Shown one piece after another: positions 1 through 9,351 of a DNA stretch of 64,000 nt (its first letter is position 1; each line of letters opens with the position of its first letter). A program made the position numbers and the translations under genes. This DNA comes from an uncultured delta proteobacterium (lineage in GTDB: Bacteria; Myxococcota_A; Polyangia; Polyangiales; JAFGIB01). The notes beneath the pieces were generated by a model that saw only the letters and a program-made list of their open reading frames with translations, ran no database searches and was not told the DNA's origin. The stretch covers positions 672,001 through 736,000 of the forward strand of contig CAVZVA010000003.1 in the NCBI GenBank assembly GCA_963778655.1. Reading direction: 5' to 3'.

Positions 1-717
1 GCCGCCCTGCGCGCGTATTTCGTCGATCACCTGCGCCTGCGCCGCGTCTACCATCACATCATCGACGGCCCGCAGGTGCGCAGACTGATCGCGGCGGCGC
101 CGGGGATCTCCGAGCTGCTGTTCCTGGGTCAGCTGTGGTGGCTCACGAGCCTGGCCGAGCAGGAAGCCGGGCTGTGCTTCGACCGCATCGTGGTCGACGC
201 GCCCGCCACCGGACACGGCAGCTCTCTGCTCGAGCTGCCACAGACGCTGTCGGCGCTGGGCCTGTCCGCGCTGCTCGCGCTCGAGGTCGGGCGCGTGCGC
301 GCCATGATGGCCGATCCGGCCTGGACCGGTGCGCTGCTGGTCGCGTTGCCCGACGAGCTCTCGCTGGAGGAGACGCGCGCGCTGTTACCGCGCGCGACCC
401 GAGCGCTCGGACGGGCGCCGCTGTTCGCATTCGTCAACCGCAGCGCGTCGCGCTGCTTCGGGCACGGCGCGAGCGGTTGTGATCCGCTCGCGCAACGGCT
501 CTCGCCCTCCTCGCACGCGGCGCTCGGCATGCTCGAGGCCGAGTTGCGCGCGCGCACGCACTACGAGGCCGCGCTGCTCGGCGCGCTCGAGGGCGCGACG
601 GCGCTCGGCGCGGGCAGCCTGGACGAGCAGCTCATGCTCGACGACGACGGCTCGCCGCTGGCGGTGGTACGCGCGCTGGCCGATCCGGTCGGCGCACGGC
701 TGCGGAGCCCGCGGTGA
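1..717 (+). CDS. ArsA/Get3-related ATPase, 5'-truncated by window edge
   Basis: Frame is open from base 1 (AALRAYFVDHL...). APGISEL and IVVDAPATGH motifs are typical of the ArsA family. Stop overlaps the next start (GTGA). Confidence 0.8.
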   Translation, partial: AALRAYFVDHLRLRRVYHHIIDGPQVRRLIAAAPGISELLFLGQLWWLTSLAEQEAGLCFDRIVVDAPATGHGSSLLELPQTLSALGLSALLALEVGRVRAMMADPAWTGALLVALPDELSLEETRALLPRATRALGRAPLFAFVNRSASRCFGHGASGCDPLAQRLSPSSHAALGMLEAELRARTHYEAALLGALEGATALGAGSLDEQLMLDDDGSPLAVVRALADPVGARLRSPR

Positions 718-1742
718 GCGCGCGCCTGCACGTGCTGTTGGGCGCGGGCGGTGTGGGCAAGACCACGCTCGCGGCGGCGTACGCGCTCGCGCTCGGGCGG
801 CGCGGCTCCCGCGTGGGTCTGCTCGGCATCGATCCCGCCCGCCGCCTGCAGGACGCGCTCGGTATCGAGCTCGAAGACCAGCCTTCGCTGGTGCAGGGCA
901 GCGAGCAGGTCCGGGCGGCGCTGCTCTCGCCCGCGACCAGCCTGCGGCGCTGGGCGGCCGAAGCGGCGAGCGACCCCGTTCAGCGCCAACGCCTGCTCGA
1001 CAACGCGTTCTTCGTCGCGCTGGCCGATCGCCTGGCGGGCGCCACCGACGTGCTGGCCGCGGCCCGCTTGGCCGAATGGGCGGAGCAGGACCCGCAGCTC
1101 ACCGATCTGGTCGTCGACACCGCGCCGGGGCTCAACGCGATCGAGTTCCTGCGCCGCCCGCAGAGCCTGGTCGCGTTCCTGCAGGGGCGACTGGTAAGCT
1201 GGTTGCGCTTGATCGCGCGCAGCGACGCCGGGCCGCTCGCCAGCGGCGCGCGGCGCGTAGTCGGAGCGCTCGCGCGCATCGGCGGCGGCACCCTGGTGCA
1301 AGAGCTGGCCGAGTTCGTGTGGCTGGTCGAGGCGACCTTCGCGCGCATGGCGCAGCGACTCGAGCGCGCAGAGGCCTGGCTGCGTGACCCGAGCACCGAG
1401 ATCCTGCTGGTGACCGCGGTGCGCGATGACGCCGTGGCGACCGACCGCACGCTGGTCGAGGCGCTGGCGCCGGTCGGCCTCACGCCGAGCGCGGTGCTGG
1501 TCAACCGCGCCGTGCCCGCAGCGCTCGCCGCGGAGCTGGCAACACTCGATCTAGCCGCGCTGGCGCCGGAATGCGCGCCGCTCGTGCGCTACGCGCGGGG
1601 TTACGCCGCAATGCAAGCGCGCGTGGTCGCAGGCGTGCACGCGCTCGCGCCACGGGTGGTGGCGGTGCCGCACGCGCGCGGTCTGGACGGCGACGAGCGG
1701 CTGCGAGCGCTGGCAGACCTGGGTGAGACGCTGCTGCGCTGA
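714..1742 (+). CDS. ArsA/Get3-related P-loop ATPase (second of pair)
   Basis: GAGGVGKTT Walker A, IDPARRL switch, VVDTAP and VLVNR motifs. Confidence 0.85.
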   Translation: MSARLHVLLGAGGVGKTTLAAAYALALGRRGSRVGLLGIDPARRLQDALGIELEDQPSLVQGSEQVRAALLSPATSLRRWAAEAASDPVQRQRLLDNAFFVALADRLAGATDVLAAARLAEWAEQDPQLTDLVVDTAPGLNAIEFLRRPQSLVAFLQGRLVSWLRLIARSDAGPLASGARRVVGALARIGGGTLVQELAEFVWLVEATFARMAQRLERAEAWLRDPSTEILLVTAVRDDAVATDRTLVEALAPVGLTPSAVLVNRAVPAALAAELATLDLAALAPECAPLVRYARGYAAMQARVVAGVHALAPRVVAVPHARGLDGDERLRALADLGETLLR

Positions 1743-1796
1743 TGCGCGGATCGCGAAGCGAGCCCGGCTCCGAGCCGGCGCGACCGCGCTCCGCCT

Positions 1797-2945
1797 TCAG
1801 GGCACGCCGCCATCGGTGCCCTGCATGCCGTGGCACGCGCTGCAGCACTTGGCGATCGGCCGGCTGGTCTTGGGCGCGATGCTGGTAAAGTAGTGCCCCA
1901 GGTCGAGCGCGTCGTTCTCGCTCATGCCGGTGAAGCTGCCGCCCATGTACGAGGGCATCGGATCGCAGACCGGCAGGCTGTCTGGGCTGACACCCTGGCG
2001 CAACGTGGTGGCCACGTCTTGCGCGCTCCAGCCCGAGATACCGTTTTGGTCCGGGGTGAGGTTGAAGCTGTCGATCAGCGGTGGGTCCGCGGGCGCCGGC
2101 GTGCCCAGGCGCACGGGCACCAGCTTGCGCTCGCCCGCGAAGATACGCGCCTCGTCGATCGGCACGCTGGAGTCGGAGGCGAGCGTCGCGGTGTGGCACA
2201 GCATGCAGGGCGCGACCGCGGACGCGAGGTAACGGCCGCGCTGGGCGCTGTCATAGTCGGGGTCGCCCGGAGAGAGCGTGGTAGCCGGAATTTCCGCGCT
2301 CGGCAGCGCGTAGGGCGATTGATCAGCGGCGGCCGAGGGCTGGTTTTCGGGCAGCTCGTGCACGACCGGCGGCAGCGAGCGAAGGTAGGCGACGATCGCA
2401 TCGGCGTCATCGGCCTTCATGTTGTGGAAGATCCAGTAGGGCATCATCCAGTGCAGCGTCTTGCCCTGGTCGTCGACTCCCTGCTGAAAGGCCCGCTTGA
2501 TCTGCGCGTCGCTCCAGTCGCCGAGCCCGGTCTCGGGGTCGGGGGTCAGGTTGCGCGAATGGACCAAGCCGCGCTCGGGATCGCCCGGCTCGACGTCGAT
2601 CAGATTCTCGACGCCCGCCAGCAGCTTGCTCGTGTCGAAGTCGCCGCTGGGCAGGCGCGGGGTGTGGCACTCGTTGCAGGCGGCCACGTGCTGCACCAGG
2701 TACTCGCCGCGCGCGCGCTGTGCGGCCAGCGGATCGAGCGCCGCGTCGCGGGCGGCGTCGGGCGCGGCGCCACCGGCGTCCAGCGCCGGCTCCGGGACAT
2801 GGGCACGGGCGGCCGGGCCCGCGTCGGCTGCGGCAGCCGCGCGCTGCGGCGCGGACCGCTCGCAGCCGGCGAATGCGGCGAGCGCCAGCGCGAACCACAA
2901 CACGCAAGGCGGAAGGCGGACACAAGGAGACATCGGACTCGCCAT
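1797..2945 (-). CDS. Lipoprotein cytochrome c with two cytochrome domains plus a third C-terminal CxxCH
   Basis: Lipobox FAGC. RGEYL..ACNECHTPR, RGRYL..CMLCH and CSACH. NLTPD..TGLGDWS motif of GADH/ADH-type cytochrome subunits. Confidence 0.85.
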   Translation of the reverse strand: MASPMSPCVRLPPCVLWFALALAAFAGCERSAPQRAAAAADAGPAARAHVPEPALDAGGAAPDAARDAALDPLAAQRARGEYLVQHVAACNECHTPRLPSGDFDTSKLLAGVENLIDVEPGDPERGLVHSRNLTPDPETGLGDWSDAQIKRAFQQGVDDQGKTLHWMMPYWIFHNMKADDADAIVAYLRSLPPVVHELPENQPSAAADQSPYALPSAEIPATTLSPGDPDYDSAQRGRYLASAVAPCMLCHTATLASDSSVPIDEARIFAGERKLVPVRLGTPAPADPPLIDSFNLTPDQNGISGWSAQDVATTLRQGVSPDSLPVCDPMPSYMGGSFTGMSENDALDLGHYFTSIAPKTSRPIAKCCSACHGMQGTDGGVP

Positions 2946-3065
2946 CGGGAGCCTCCAGCCACCTCACCGCCTCCGTTCTATAGCACGCGGCCGGCCGCAG
3001 CCCTAGACCCTACCCCCACCCCTACCCCTGCCCTCGCGAGGCGCGGCCGCCGGCCGCGGCAGAGC

Positions 3066-4520
3066 TCAGTTGAGCTCGTAGCTGTCGAGCACGTTGCCAT
3101 CGACGCTGACCATCTCGACCTGCACGATGTCCGGATTGACGTGGACCCGGGCGTACCCGGAATCGGGCCAGTAGGTCGCGTAGCCGGTCTGCGACGAATC
3201 GAACTTCCAGGGCGCCCCGGCGCTGCCCGGCAGCGTGTAGTGAATGCCGTCCACCACCTCGTCCGTGAACACGTGGTCATGCCCGTAGAAGAAGATCTGG
3301 ACCCCGTGCTGCCGCATCAGGTCGTGGACCACGGCTTGCTCGCCCACGTGCGCGGCTTGCCCGCCGCCCCGCCCGTATGCCGAGTTCGCGTCGTCTCCGG
3401 CCGCGCCTCCGACCGGATGGTGGATGAACAGGAACTTCCACCTGGAGCTGGCGTTCTCCAGCGTCGCCCGCAGCCAGGCGAGCTGCGCGTCTCCCAGCGT
3501 CCAGTCGTCGGCCGGGCCGGGCTCGAGCAGGTGCGCCGTATGCGTGTAGGTCATCACGTTGAGCACGACGAACAGCGCATCGCCCCAGGTGAACGCGTAG
3601 TAGTCCTGCGTATCGCTGCCGCCTTCGGGATAGGTGTCGGGATCCGGTCCGGGGGCATACAGCAGGCGTTGCTCGCGCGAGCGGTCGATCTCCTCCTGCG
3701 TGTAGTTTCCGTTCTCCCCGTCCCAGTTGCCGATCACCCCGAACTGGAACGCGTTGCCCAGGGCGTCCCCGAGCAGCCTTCGGTAGTTCAGGTAGGCCTG
3801 TCGGGTGTACACGCCGTCCGGCGGCGGGTCGTTGAAGCCGAAGGGGTGGAAGTCGAGCTTGTCGCCGAGGTTGATCACGAAGTCGGGCTTGAACGCCTCG
3901 ACCTCCGGAGCCACCTGGGACAACGTGATCTCCTCGCTGTTGACCGTGCTCGAGTCGCCCGCAGTCACCTCCCGCGGTTGGATGTGGCTATCGGTGATCA
4001 ACGCGAACGTGAACTCCGTCCCGGGGTCGCGCCGCGTGGTGAGCTCGCCCTGGTATTGCTGCGTCTCCTGGTCACCATCGGCGGTCACGATCTCGTACTC
4101 GTAGGCGGAGCCGGGCTCGAGCCCGTCGAACGACCACTGCGCGACGTCGTCCGCCGCCGGCGCCGGCGACTGGGCCTCTCCCCAGGCGTCGCTGCCGGCC
4201 TTGCGCAAGCGACATTGCAACTGCGAAGGCTGCCCGCTGCCGAGCACGGCGTTCAGCGAGAAGCCGTGGGCGGTGGGGATGAACGGGTAAGGCGCTCCGA
4301 GCAGCGCAACCCCGGCGTCCTCGACCCCGCCGTCCTCGGCTCCGTTCTCGCCGCCCACGCCGGCGCCGTGCCCCGCGCCGCCGCTACCGCTATCGGATCC
4401 CCCCCGCACGGACACGCGGGGAACCCCGCGGCTGCGGCCGCACGCGACCAGCACGCCTGCAGCGGCCGCCAGCAAGAGCAGCGAGCGGGCTTTCCCTCCT
4501 GAAGCGTGGGCCCGCGGCAT
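3066..4520 (-). CDS. Lipoprotein metallophosphoesterase (purple acid phosphatase-like, N-terminal Ig/FN3-like domain)
   Basis: Start chosen at MPRAH, lipobox LVAC. Calcineurin-like motifs DSH, NLGD, GNWD, HH and GHDH. Confidence 0.85.
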   Translation of the reverse strand: MPRAHASGGKARSLLLLAAAAGVLVACGRSRGVPRVSVRGGSDSGSGGAGHGAGVGGENGAEDGGVEDAGVALLGAPYPFIPTAHGFSLNAVLGSGQPSQLQCRLRKAGSDAWGEAQSPAPAADDVAQWSFDGLEPGSAYEYEIVTADGDQETQQYQGELTTRRDPGTEFTFALITDSHIQPREVTAGDSSTVNSEEITLSQVAPEVEAFKPDFVINLGDKLDFHPFGFNDPPPDGVYTRQAYLNYRRLLGDALGNAFQFGVIGNWDGENGNYTQEEIDRSREQRLLYAPGPDPDTYPEGGSDTQDYYAFTWGDALFVVLNVMTYTHTAHLLEPGPADDWTLGDAQLAWLRATLENASSRWKFLFIHHPVGGAAGDDANSAYGRGGGQAAHVGEQAVVHDLMRQHGVQIFFYGHDHVFTDEVVDGIHYTLPGSAGAPWKFDSSQTGYATYWPDSGYARVHVNPDIVQVEMVSVDGNVLDSYELN

Positions 4521-4543
4521 CGCGGCTGTTCCCCTTCCGCGGC

Positions 4544-5362
4544 TCAGAGCTGCTCCAGCCGCCTGGTGGTGAAGTTCTCGTCGTCGGTCTTGGGCGTGAA
4601 CGCAATCTTGTCCGTGTCGAACACCGAACGCCGCCCGTTCTGCTTGTTGACCATCTCCATGTGCAGGGCCCGGTAGCGTTTGTTCTTGGGGTCGAGCAGC
4701 TTGACGTCGTCGGTCGTCAACTCCTTGAGCAGGCGGCCGCTGCCGTCGTAGAAGAGCGCCTTGCGCACCGCGAGCTTGGCCTTGCTCACCCAGTATGTCT
4801 TCTTCGAGTAGCCCTCGCTCGAAGCGATGGCCGCAGACTTCGGCATGACGTCGATCACCCAGCACGGCTCGCCGCCGGCGGCTTCTTCCTTGAGCACTTT
4901 GTAGGTGTAGTCGTCGAGCACGGGCACGTTCAAGTCGGCGTAGGAGAACTCGCTGCCCATGAAGCTCTGGTTGCGCTGGGAGCTGACAACCCGACGCGTC
5001 TTGCGCAGCGCCGGCAGGTAGACCCAGATGTCATCGGCCTCGGTCTCGTGGTCGAACACCAGAATGCCGGTGCCCTTGATGTCGGGCGGAGACAGGAAGC
5101 GGTAGATCCGCTTCTCGGTCTTGCCTCCGTCGTAAAGCTTGGTGGCCATGGCGAGCTTGCGCTCGCGGGTCTGGCCGGCCTGGTTGATGATGCGCATCGT
5201 GACCACCGCTTCCGATCCCTCGAGCTTTCGGGTGAGGGTCACTTTTTCCATGATCTCCCGACCCGACGGGCTGCCCTGGGCGAGAGATACGCCGGCAGCC
5301 GCGCAGGCGAGAATGGCGGCGAGCGATGCGGTAGCGGGTCGGGCGAGTTGGCGGTCTGTCAT
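4544..5362 (-). CDS. Outer-membrane lipoprotein-sorting (LolA-like) protein
   Basis: Signal peptide. FLSPPDIKGTGIL, WVYLPALRKTRR and SFMGSEFSYADL signatures. Confidence 0.85.
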   Translation of the reverse strand: MTDRQLARPATASLAAILACAAAGVSLAQGSPSGREIMEKVTLTRKLEGSEAVVTMRIINQAGQTRERKLAMATKLYDGGKTEKRIYRFLSPPDIKGTGILVFDHETEADDIWVYLPALRKTRRVVSSQRNQSFMGSEFSYADLNVPVLDDYTYKVLKEEAAGGEPCWVIDVMPKSAAIASSEGYSKKTYWVSKAKLAVRKALFYDGSGRLLKELTTDDVKLLDPKNKRYRALHMEMVNKQNGRRSVFDTDKIAFTPKTDDENFTTRRLEQL

Positions 5363-5410
5363 GTGCAATCTCCCGATCTCGCGCGCGGACCTCGGCCTCC
5401 GGGCGGCGCG

Positions 5411-7099
5411 CTAGAAGCTGTAACGAAGCTCGGCATAACCCGCGGTCAGCTTCTCGTCGATTAGATCGAACAGGGTGCCGGCGGGCCCGACGAAGATCTC
5501 GGCTCCCAGGTAGGTGCGCAAGCGATCGGAGATCCGATACTCCAGCTTCGGGAACAGCAACCACTCCTTGGTGGTGAGGTTGAGCATCCCGAGCGCGGAC
5601 AGCGAGAGCGTCTCGTGCAGCGTGAGCCACTCCACCCGCAGCGTGGCCAGGTGTTGGACCCGCGCGGTCTGCGAGAAGAGAATCTGGTTTCGCTGGGCCA
5701 GCTCGTCGTGGATCGAGGTGGTGATCGAGTCCTGCAGCAGCGGGGGCAGCGGGGGCATGAAAGTCTCGAGCGCATTGGGATCGACGGGCATCGCGGGCCC
5801 TTGTTCACGCCGCCAGTTGCGCACGAACCGACCCATGTACTGAAGGATCACGCTGACCTGCCCGAATGCCCGGTCGACCCCGAGCACGTATTGCACGTCC
5901 GGGCGCGCCGCGTAGACGCGATGCCCGTAGCCCAGCGGGCGCCGGTATGCGGCCTCGCCTCGGATCGCGAACAGGTCCGAGACAGCGGTGGAAAAGTCGA
6001 GCCCGAACACGTCCTGCACGTAGGCGGTGCGCGTGATGCGCACCTCGGCGGGGGTCTGGCCGACGGTGAAGTCCCGCAGCGCGAGGCCCGGCAGCGGGGC
6101 GTACCCGTGCAAGTAGGAGATGGAGCCCTCGAAGGAGGCGAGCTCCAGGTGCACGCGCCCGGCGCCCAGGCCGTGCTGCAGCTGCGGCGAGGGGAAGCTC
6201 GGATCCGTGATCGTGATGTAGGGGTCGAGCGCGATCGGCGGGTACTCGGCCGGAATGTACAGCGGGAGCCACACCCCCTCGATGCGAACGGGCTCGAGGT
6301 TGTAGAACGCGCGTGCCCCCACGTTGCCGACGCGCCTGTCATCCTCGATCGGCGAGCGAACGCGCAGGTCGAAGGGCATCAGGTTGTTGGTGGGGTTGAA
6401 CGCGTCAGCGCGCCCCCAGACGATGATCTGCTGGCCAAGCCTGAGGTCCAGCGGACCCGCGGACAGATCGACGTACGCTTCGCGCAGGTCGAGGACCAAG
6501 TCGTGGACCTGTCCTTCCAGGCCGTAGCGCATGCGCATCTCGGCGTAGGCCCCGCCGAAGTGCCGCTTCGGCACCCGCAGCTTCAACGCGAGCTCGCCGT
6601 AGCCGGCCTGAAGCAGCGCATGAGCCGAGTCGGGGTCCTTGCCCGCGAACACGTCGCCGCGGACATAGCCGCCGAGCTCCACGCCGCCGGGCGCGCCGGC
6701 CTGGGCGGACCCGGACGCCGCGGGCTGGGCGGCCTCGGAAGGGCCTTGCCCGAACAGACCGGTGCCCGGGGCCTCGACCACGGCGCCCGACGCCGATCCC
6801 GCCGCCTCGGTCGCGGCCTGGGTCGACTCGGCTTGCTCGGCTGCGCCGGGCGCGGAGCCTTCCGGCGCGGGAGCCACGGGGCTTTCGTCGGGCGCCGGCG
6901 CGCCGGAGGCCGGCGCGGCACCCGGTTCGGGGAGGCTCGCCCCCGCGTCGGGGGCCGGGGTGGGCTCCACGCTCTGCGCGGCCGCGGGCTCCGCGGCGCC
7001 CGTGATCGCCGCCAGCGCGAGCGTCAGGCCGCCTGCGAGCCGTACGATCCAGCTGCTGCCTCGTCCAGCATGGGATCGCTGCATCGCAGGCTCAGCCAT
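5411..7099 (-). CDS. Outer-membrane beta-barrel protein (DUF1302-like)
   Basis: Signal peptide and Pro/Ala-rich linker. LREAYVD..DLRLGQQIIVWGRAD motif. C-terminal AELRYSF (terminal Phe). Confidence 0.75.
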   Translation of the reverse strand: MAEPAMQRSHAGRGSSWIVRLAGGLTLALAAITGAAEPAAAQSVEPTPAPDAGASLPEPGAAPASGAPAPDESPVAPAPEGSAPGAAEQAESTQAATEAAGSASGAVVEAPGTGLFGQGPSEAAQPAASGSAQAGAPGGVELGGYVRGDVFAGKDPDSAHALLQAGYGELALKLRVPKRHFGGAYAEMRMRYGLEGQVHDLVLDLREAYVDLSAGPLDLRLGQQIIVWGRADAFNPTNNLMPFDLRVRSPIEDDRRVGNVGARAFYNLEPVRIEGVWLPLYIPAEYPPIALDPYITITDPSFPSPQLQHGLGAGRVHLELASFEGSISYLHGYAPLPGLALRDFTVGQTPAEVRITRTAYVQDVFGLDFSTAVSDLFAIRGEAAYRRPLGYGHRVYAARPDVQYVLGVDRAFGQVSVILQYMGRFVRNWRREQGPAMPVDPNALETFMPPLPPLLQDSITTSIHDELAQRNQILFSQTARVQHLATLRVEWLTLHETLSLSALGMLNLTTKEWLLFPKLEYRISDRLRTYLGAEIFVGPAGTLFDLIDEKLTAGYAELRYSF

Positions 7100-8150
7100 C
7101 CGACCGCGCGCCGGCCGCGGAGCTGGTGGTGCCCCACTGCCCGGTCGCGACCACCAGCGAGAACCCCGCCGCAGCGCTGCCGAGCACGATCTTGTCGCCG
7201 GGCTGCGGCTCGCGCTCCTCGAGCAGTCGGTGATACGAGACGCCGACGCTGGCGCTTGCCGTGTTGCCGTAGCGATGATGACAGTAGATCGCCTTGTCGG
7301 GATGGGCGTCGACGCTCTCGAGGATTTGCCGGATCACGCTCTCGCTCGGTTGGTGCAATACGTAGTGATCGACCTGATTCGGAGACCAGCCCACCTGCGC
7401 GAGAAAGCGGGTGAGCACGGGCGGGATCAACTTGCGCAACCGCATCAGCTCGGCCGATGACGACGTCAGGGTACCGTCGATCGGAACCTGACACAGATCC
7501 CAATGATCGGGAACCGTATGCGAGTCGATTCCCAACAGGTGGATGCCGCCGTCCGGCCACGGAGTCCGGCGCAGCAGCATGCAGGCGGCCGCGTTGCCGA
7601 TCGTCAGGCCCGCAAACTTCTTGGACAGATCGCGCACGGTCTGGATGTCGTAGCTGAGGTAGCTCCCCGAGAGCTCCGCGGTGCAGATCAACGCACTGCG
7701 ATAGTCCTGGTGCAGAGCGAGGTAGGCCGCCGCGGTCTGTACAGCCTCGAGATGGCCCACGCAGGCAGTGGTCACGTCGAAGGCATGCGTGCGCTTGAGG
7801 CCGAGCTTCGCAGCCACTTCCATCGCGGTCGCGGGCTCGAAATACTGGCGCGCGATCCCTCCGCAGATGACCAGGTCGACCTCGTCCAGCGACGCCCCAT
7901 TGACCTCGAGGCAGCGTCTCGCCGCCGCCACCGCGTAGTCGGCTACGCGCGCGTTTCGATCAGGCTCGAGAAAGCGCTGGCGCGTGTTGCACAGCCCGAA
8001 CATGTGCTCGATCGCGGTCTTGATGTGCGGCCATTCCGACTCCGCACCGCGGTACTGCTCGCGGACCCTGCGGATGATCTCGGCGTTATCGACCGCCACG
8101 GCCGGGAAGCTGACCCCTGGCCTGGACAGGTACAGATGCGGAAGACCCAT
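7092..8150 (-). CDS. 3-oxoacyl-ACP synthase III / OleA-like condensing enzyme
   Basis: Cys-His-Asn triad: FDVTTAC, HQPS, GNTASAS. RQYFEPATA carries an OleA-type Glu. Confidence 0.85.
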   Translation of the reverse strand: MGLPHLYLSRPGVSFPAVAVDNAEIIRRVREQYRGAESEWPHIKTAIEHMFGLCNTRQRFLEPDRNARVADYAVAAARRCLEVNGASLDEVDLVICGGIARQYFEPATAMEVAAKLGLKRTHAFDVTTACVGHLEAVQTAAAYLALHQDYRSALICTAELSGSYLSYDIQTVRDLSKKFAGLTIGNAAACMLLRRTPWPDGGIHLLGIDSHTVPDHWDLCQVPIDGTLTSSSAELMRLRKLIPPVLTRFLAQVGWSPNQVDHYVLHQPSESVIRQILESVDAHPDKAIYCHHRYGNTASASVGVSYHRLLEEREPQPGDKIVLGSAAAGFSLVVATGQWGTTSSAAGARSDG

Positions 8151-8196
8151 TAAACCTCCTCGACCGGTCTACCCACCGCGCAACGATACGACAACA

Positions 8197-9273
8197 CTAG
8201 GGTCCCGCATCAGGGGTCGCCGCGGCCGTTCCACAGGGCTGCAAGACGGTGATGAACCAGGGGGCGGGATTCGTGCACGTGCCGCATTCCAGAGCGACCA
8301 GCCACGTACCGCTGTCGTCGATGCCGGTGAATGGCACGCCGGTCTTGGTCATCGTGCTCGAGAGATGGAAGCTCGAGCCCGACGAGACCGCGCCCTGGTA
8401 GAGCTGGTCGGCGATCATGTCTAGGTCGAGGAAGCGGTCCTGAAGCTCGGCCACGCTCTGCGAGTACTTGCCCACCAAGACCTGGGTGATGTAGGTCGGG
8501 TCGAAATCCGCGCCGTGCGAGTTCTTCTTGATCTGGGACCAATCGATGGTGATGTCGCCGCGCCCGGTGGGAACCTGCACCGGCTGCAGGCTCTTGAGAT
8601 CGACCTGGAATTGAAGCGACGCCGAATCCGAGCTCAGCGCTATCTGGGTATTGGTAGACGTATCGTCCAGGCGGAACGACTCGATCATGCGCGTGCCCTT
8701 GCCGGGCGTCGTCCCAGTCATCGCCATCACGGTGTAGGCGTGCGTGCTCTGATCGATCTTGGTGGGGTCGAGGTAGCCCAACAACGTCGCCTGGTCGATC
8801 GGCTGCATGAACTCGGTGAATTCGAACAGCTTCGCGGAGCTTCGCGCGTTGTTCGTGTACACCATCGAGATCGCCTCGAAGTCGCGCTGCTGCAGCGTGT
8901 CCTCGTTGAGCTTGGTGGCGAGCTCGGCGGGCGTCAGCTTCCACACGATGAGCGAGACCATGTCGATGTCGGCGAGCGGGTCGACGGTGTGCTTGCTGAA
9001 GTCGCGCATGACCGCGCTCCAGTCGAAGGACAGCTCCGACCTGGGCTTGACCGCCGCCTCGTTCAGCGTGAGCGTGCTGACGAAGCTGTAGTCGTTGGCT
9101 TCCGCCGCCTCCAGAAGCAGGCTGCCGTCCGCGTTCGAGCTCAACCCGCAGACCGCCGGCCCGGTCGGAGCGCCGCCACCGCTGCCACCACCACCGCCGC
9201 TGTCTTTCGACCCGCAGCCCGCGAGGCACGTGAGCACGACGACGAGGAGGAGCAGGCTAGCTTTGTAGGTCAT
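8197..9273 (-). CDS. Hypothetical lipoprotein
   Basis: Lipobox CLAGC, short Gly linker, normal coding composition, C-terminal CxxC (ECGTCTNPAPWF). Confidence 0.75.
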   Translation of the reverse strand: MTYKASLLLLVVVLTCLAGCGSKDSGGGGGSGGGAPTGPAVCGLSSNADGSLLLEAAEANDYSFVSTLTLNEAAVKPRSELSFDWSAVMRDFSKHTVDPLADIDMVSLIVWKLTPAELATKLNEDTLQQRDFEAISMVYTNNARSSAKLFEFTEFMQPIDQATLLGYLDPTKIDQSTHAYTVMAMTGTTPGKGTRMIESFRLDDTSTNTQIALSSDSASLQFQVDLKSLQPVQVPTGRGDITIDWSQIKKNSHGADFDPTYITQVLVGKYSQSVAELQDRFLDLDMIADQLYQGAVSSGSSFHLSSTMTKTGVPFTGIDDSGTWLVALECGTCTNPAPWFITVLQPCGTAAATPDAGP

Positions 9274-9351
9274 GACGCTCTCGATGCGGCACCGGTATGC
9301 CGTTCGTTTGCTTCACCGCGCTGAAGGTCGGTCGCGTTGGCGTTATTGGCG

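Noticed and set aside
714..1742. Arsenic resistance call (arsA)
   Set aside because: Single-domain pair, no ars operon genes in view, and no Cys metal-binding residues in the expected positions.
1830..4502. 890-aa plus-strand ORF (and similar long ORFs such as 27031-30393 minus, 5615-7414 plus, 32846-34870 minus)
   Set aside because: Antisense or alternate-frame shadows of motif-bearing genes. Stop-poor frames are expected at this GC content, and they carry no family motifs.
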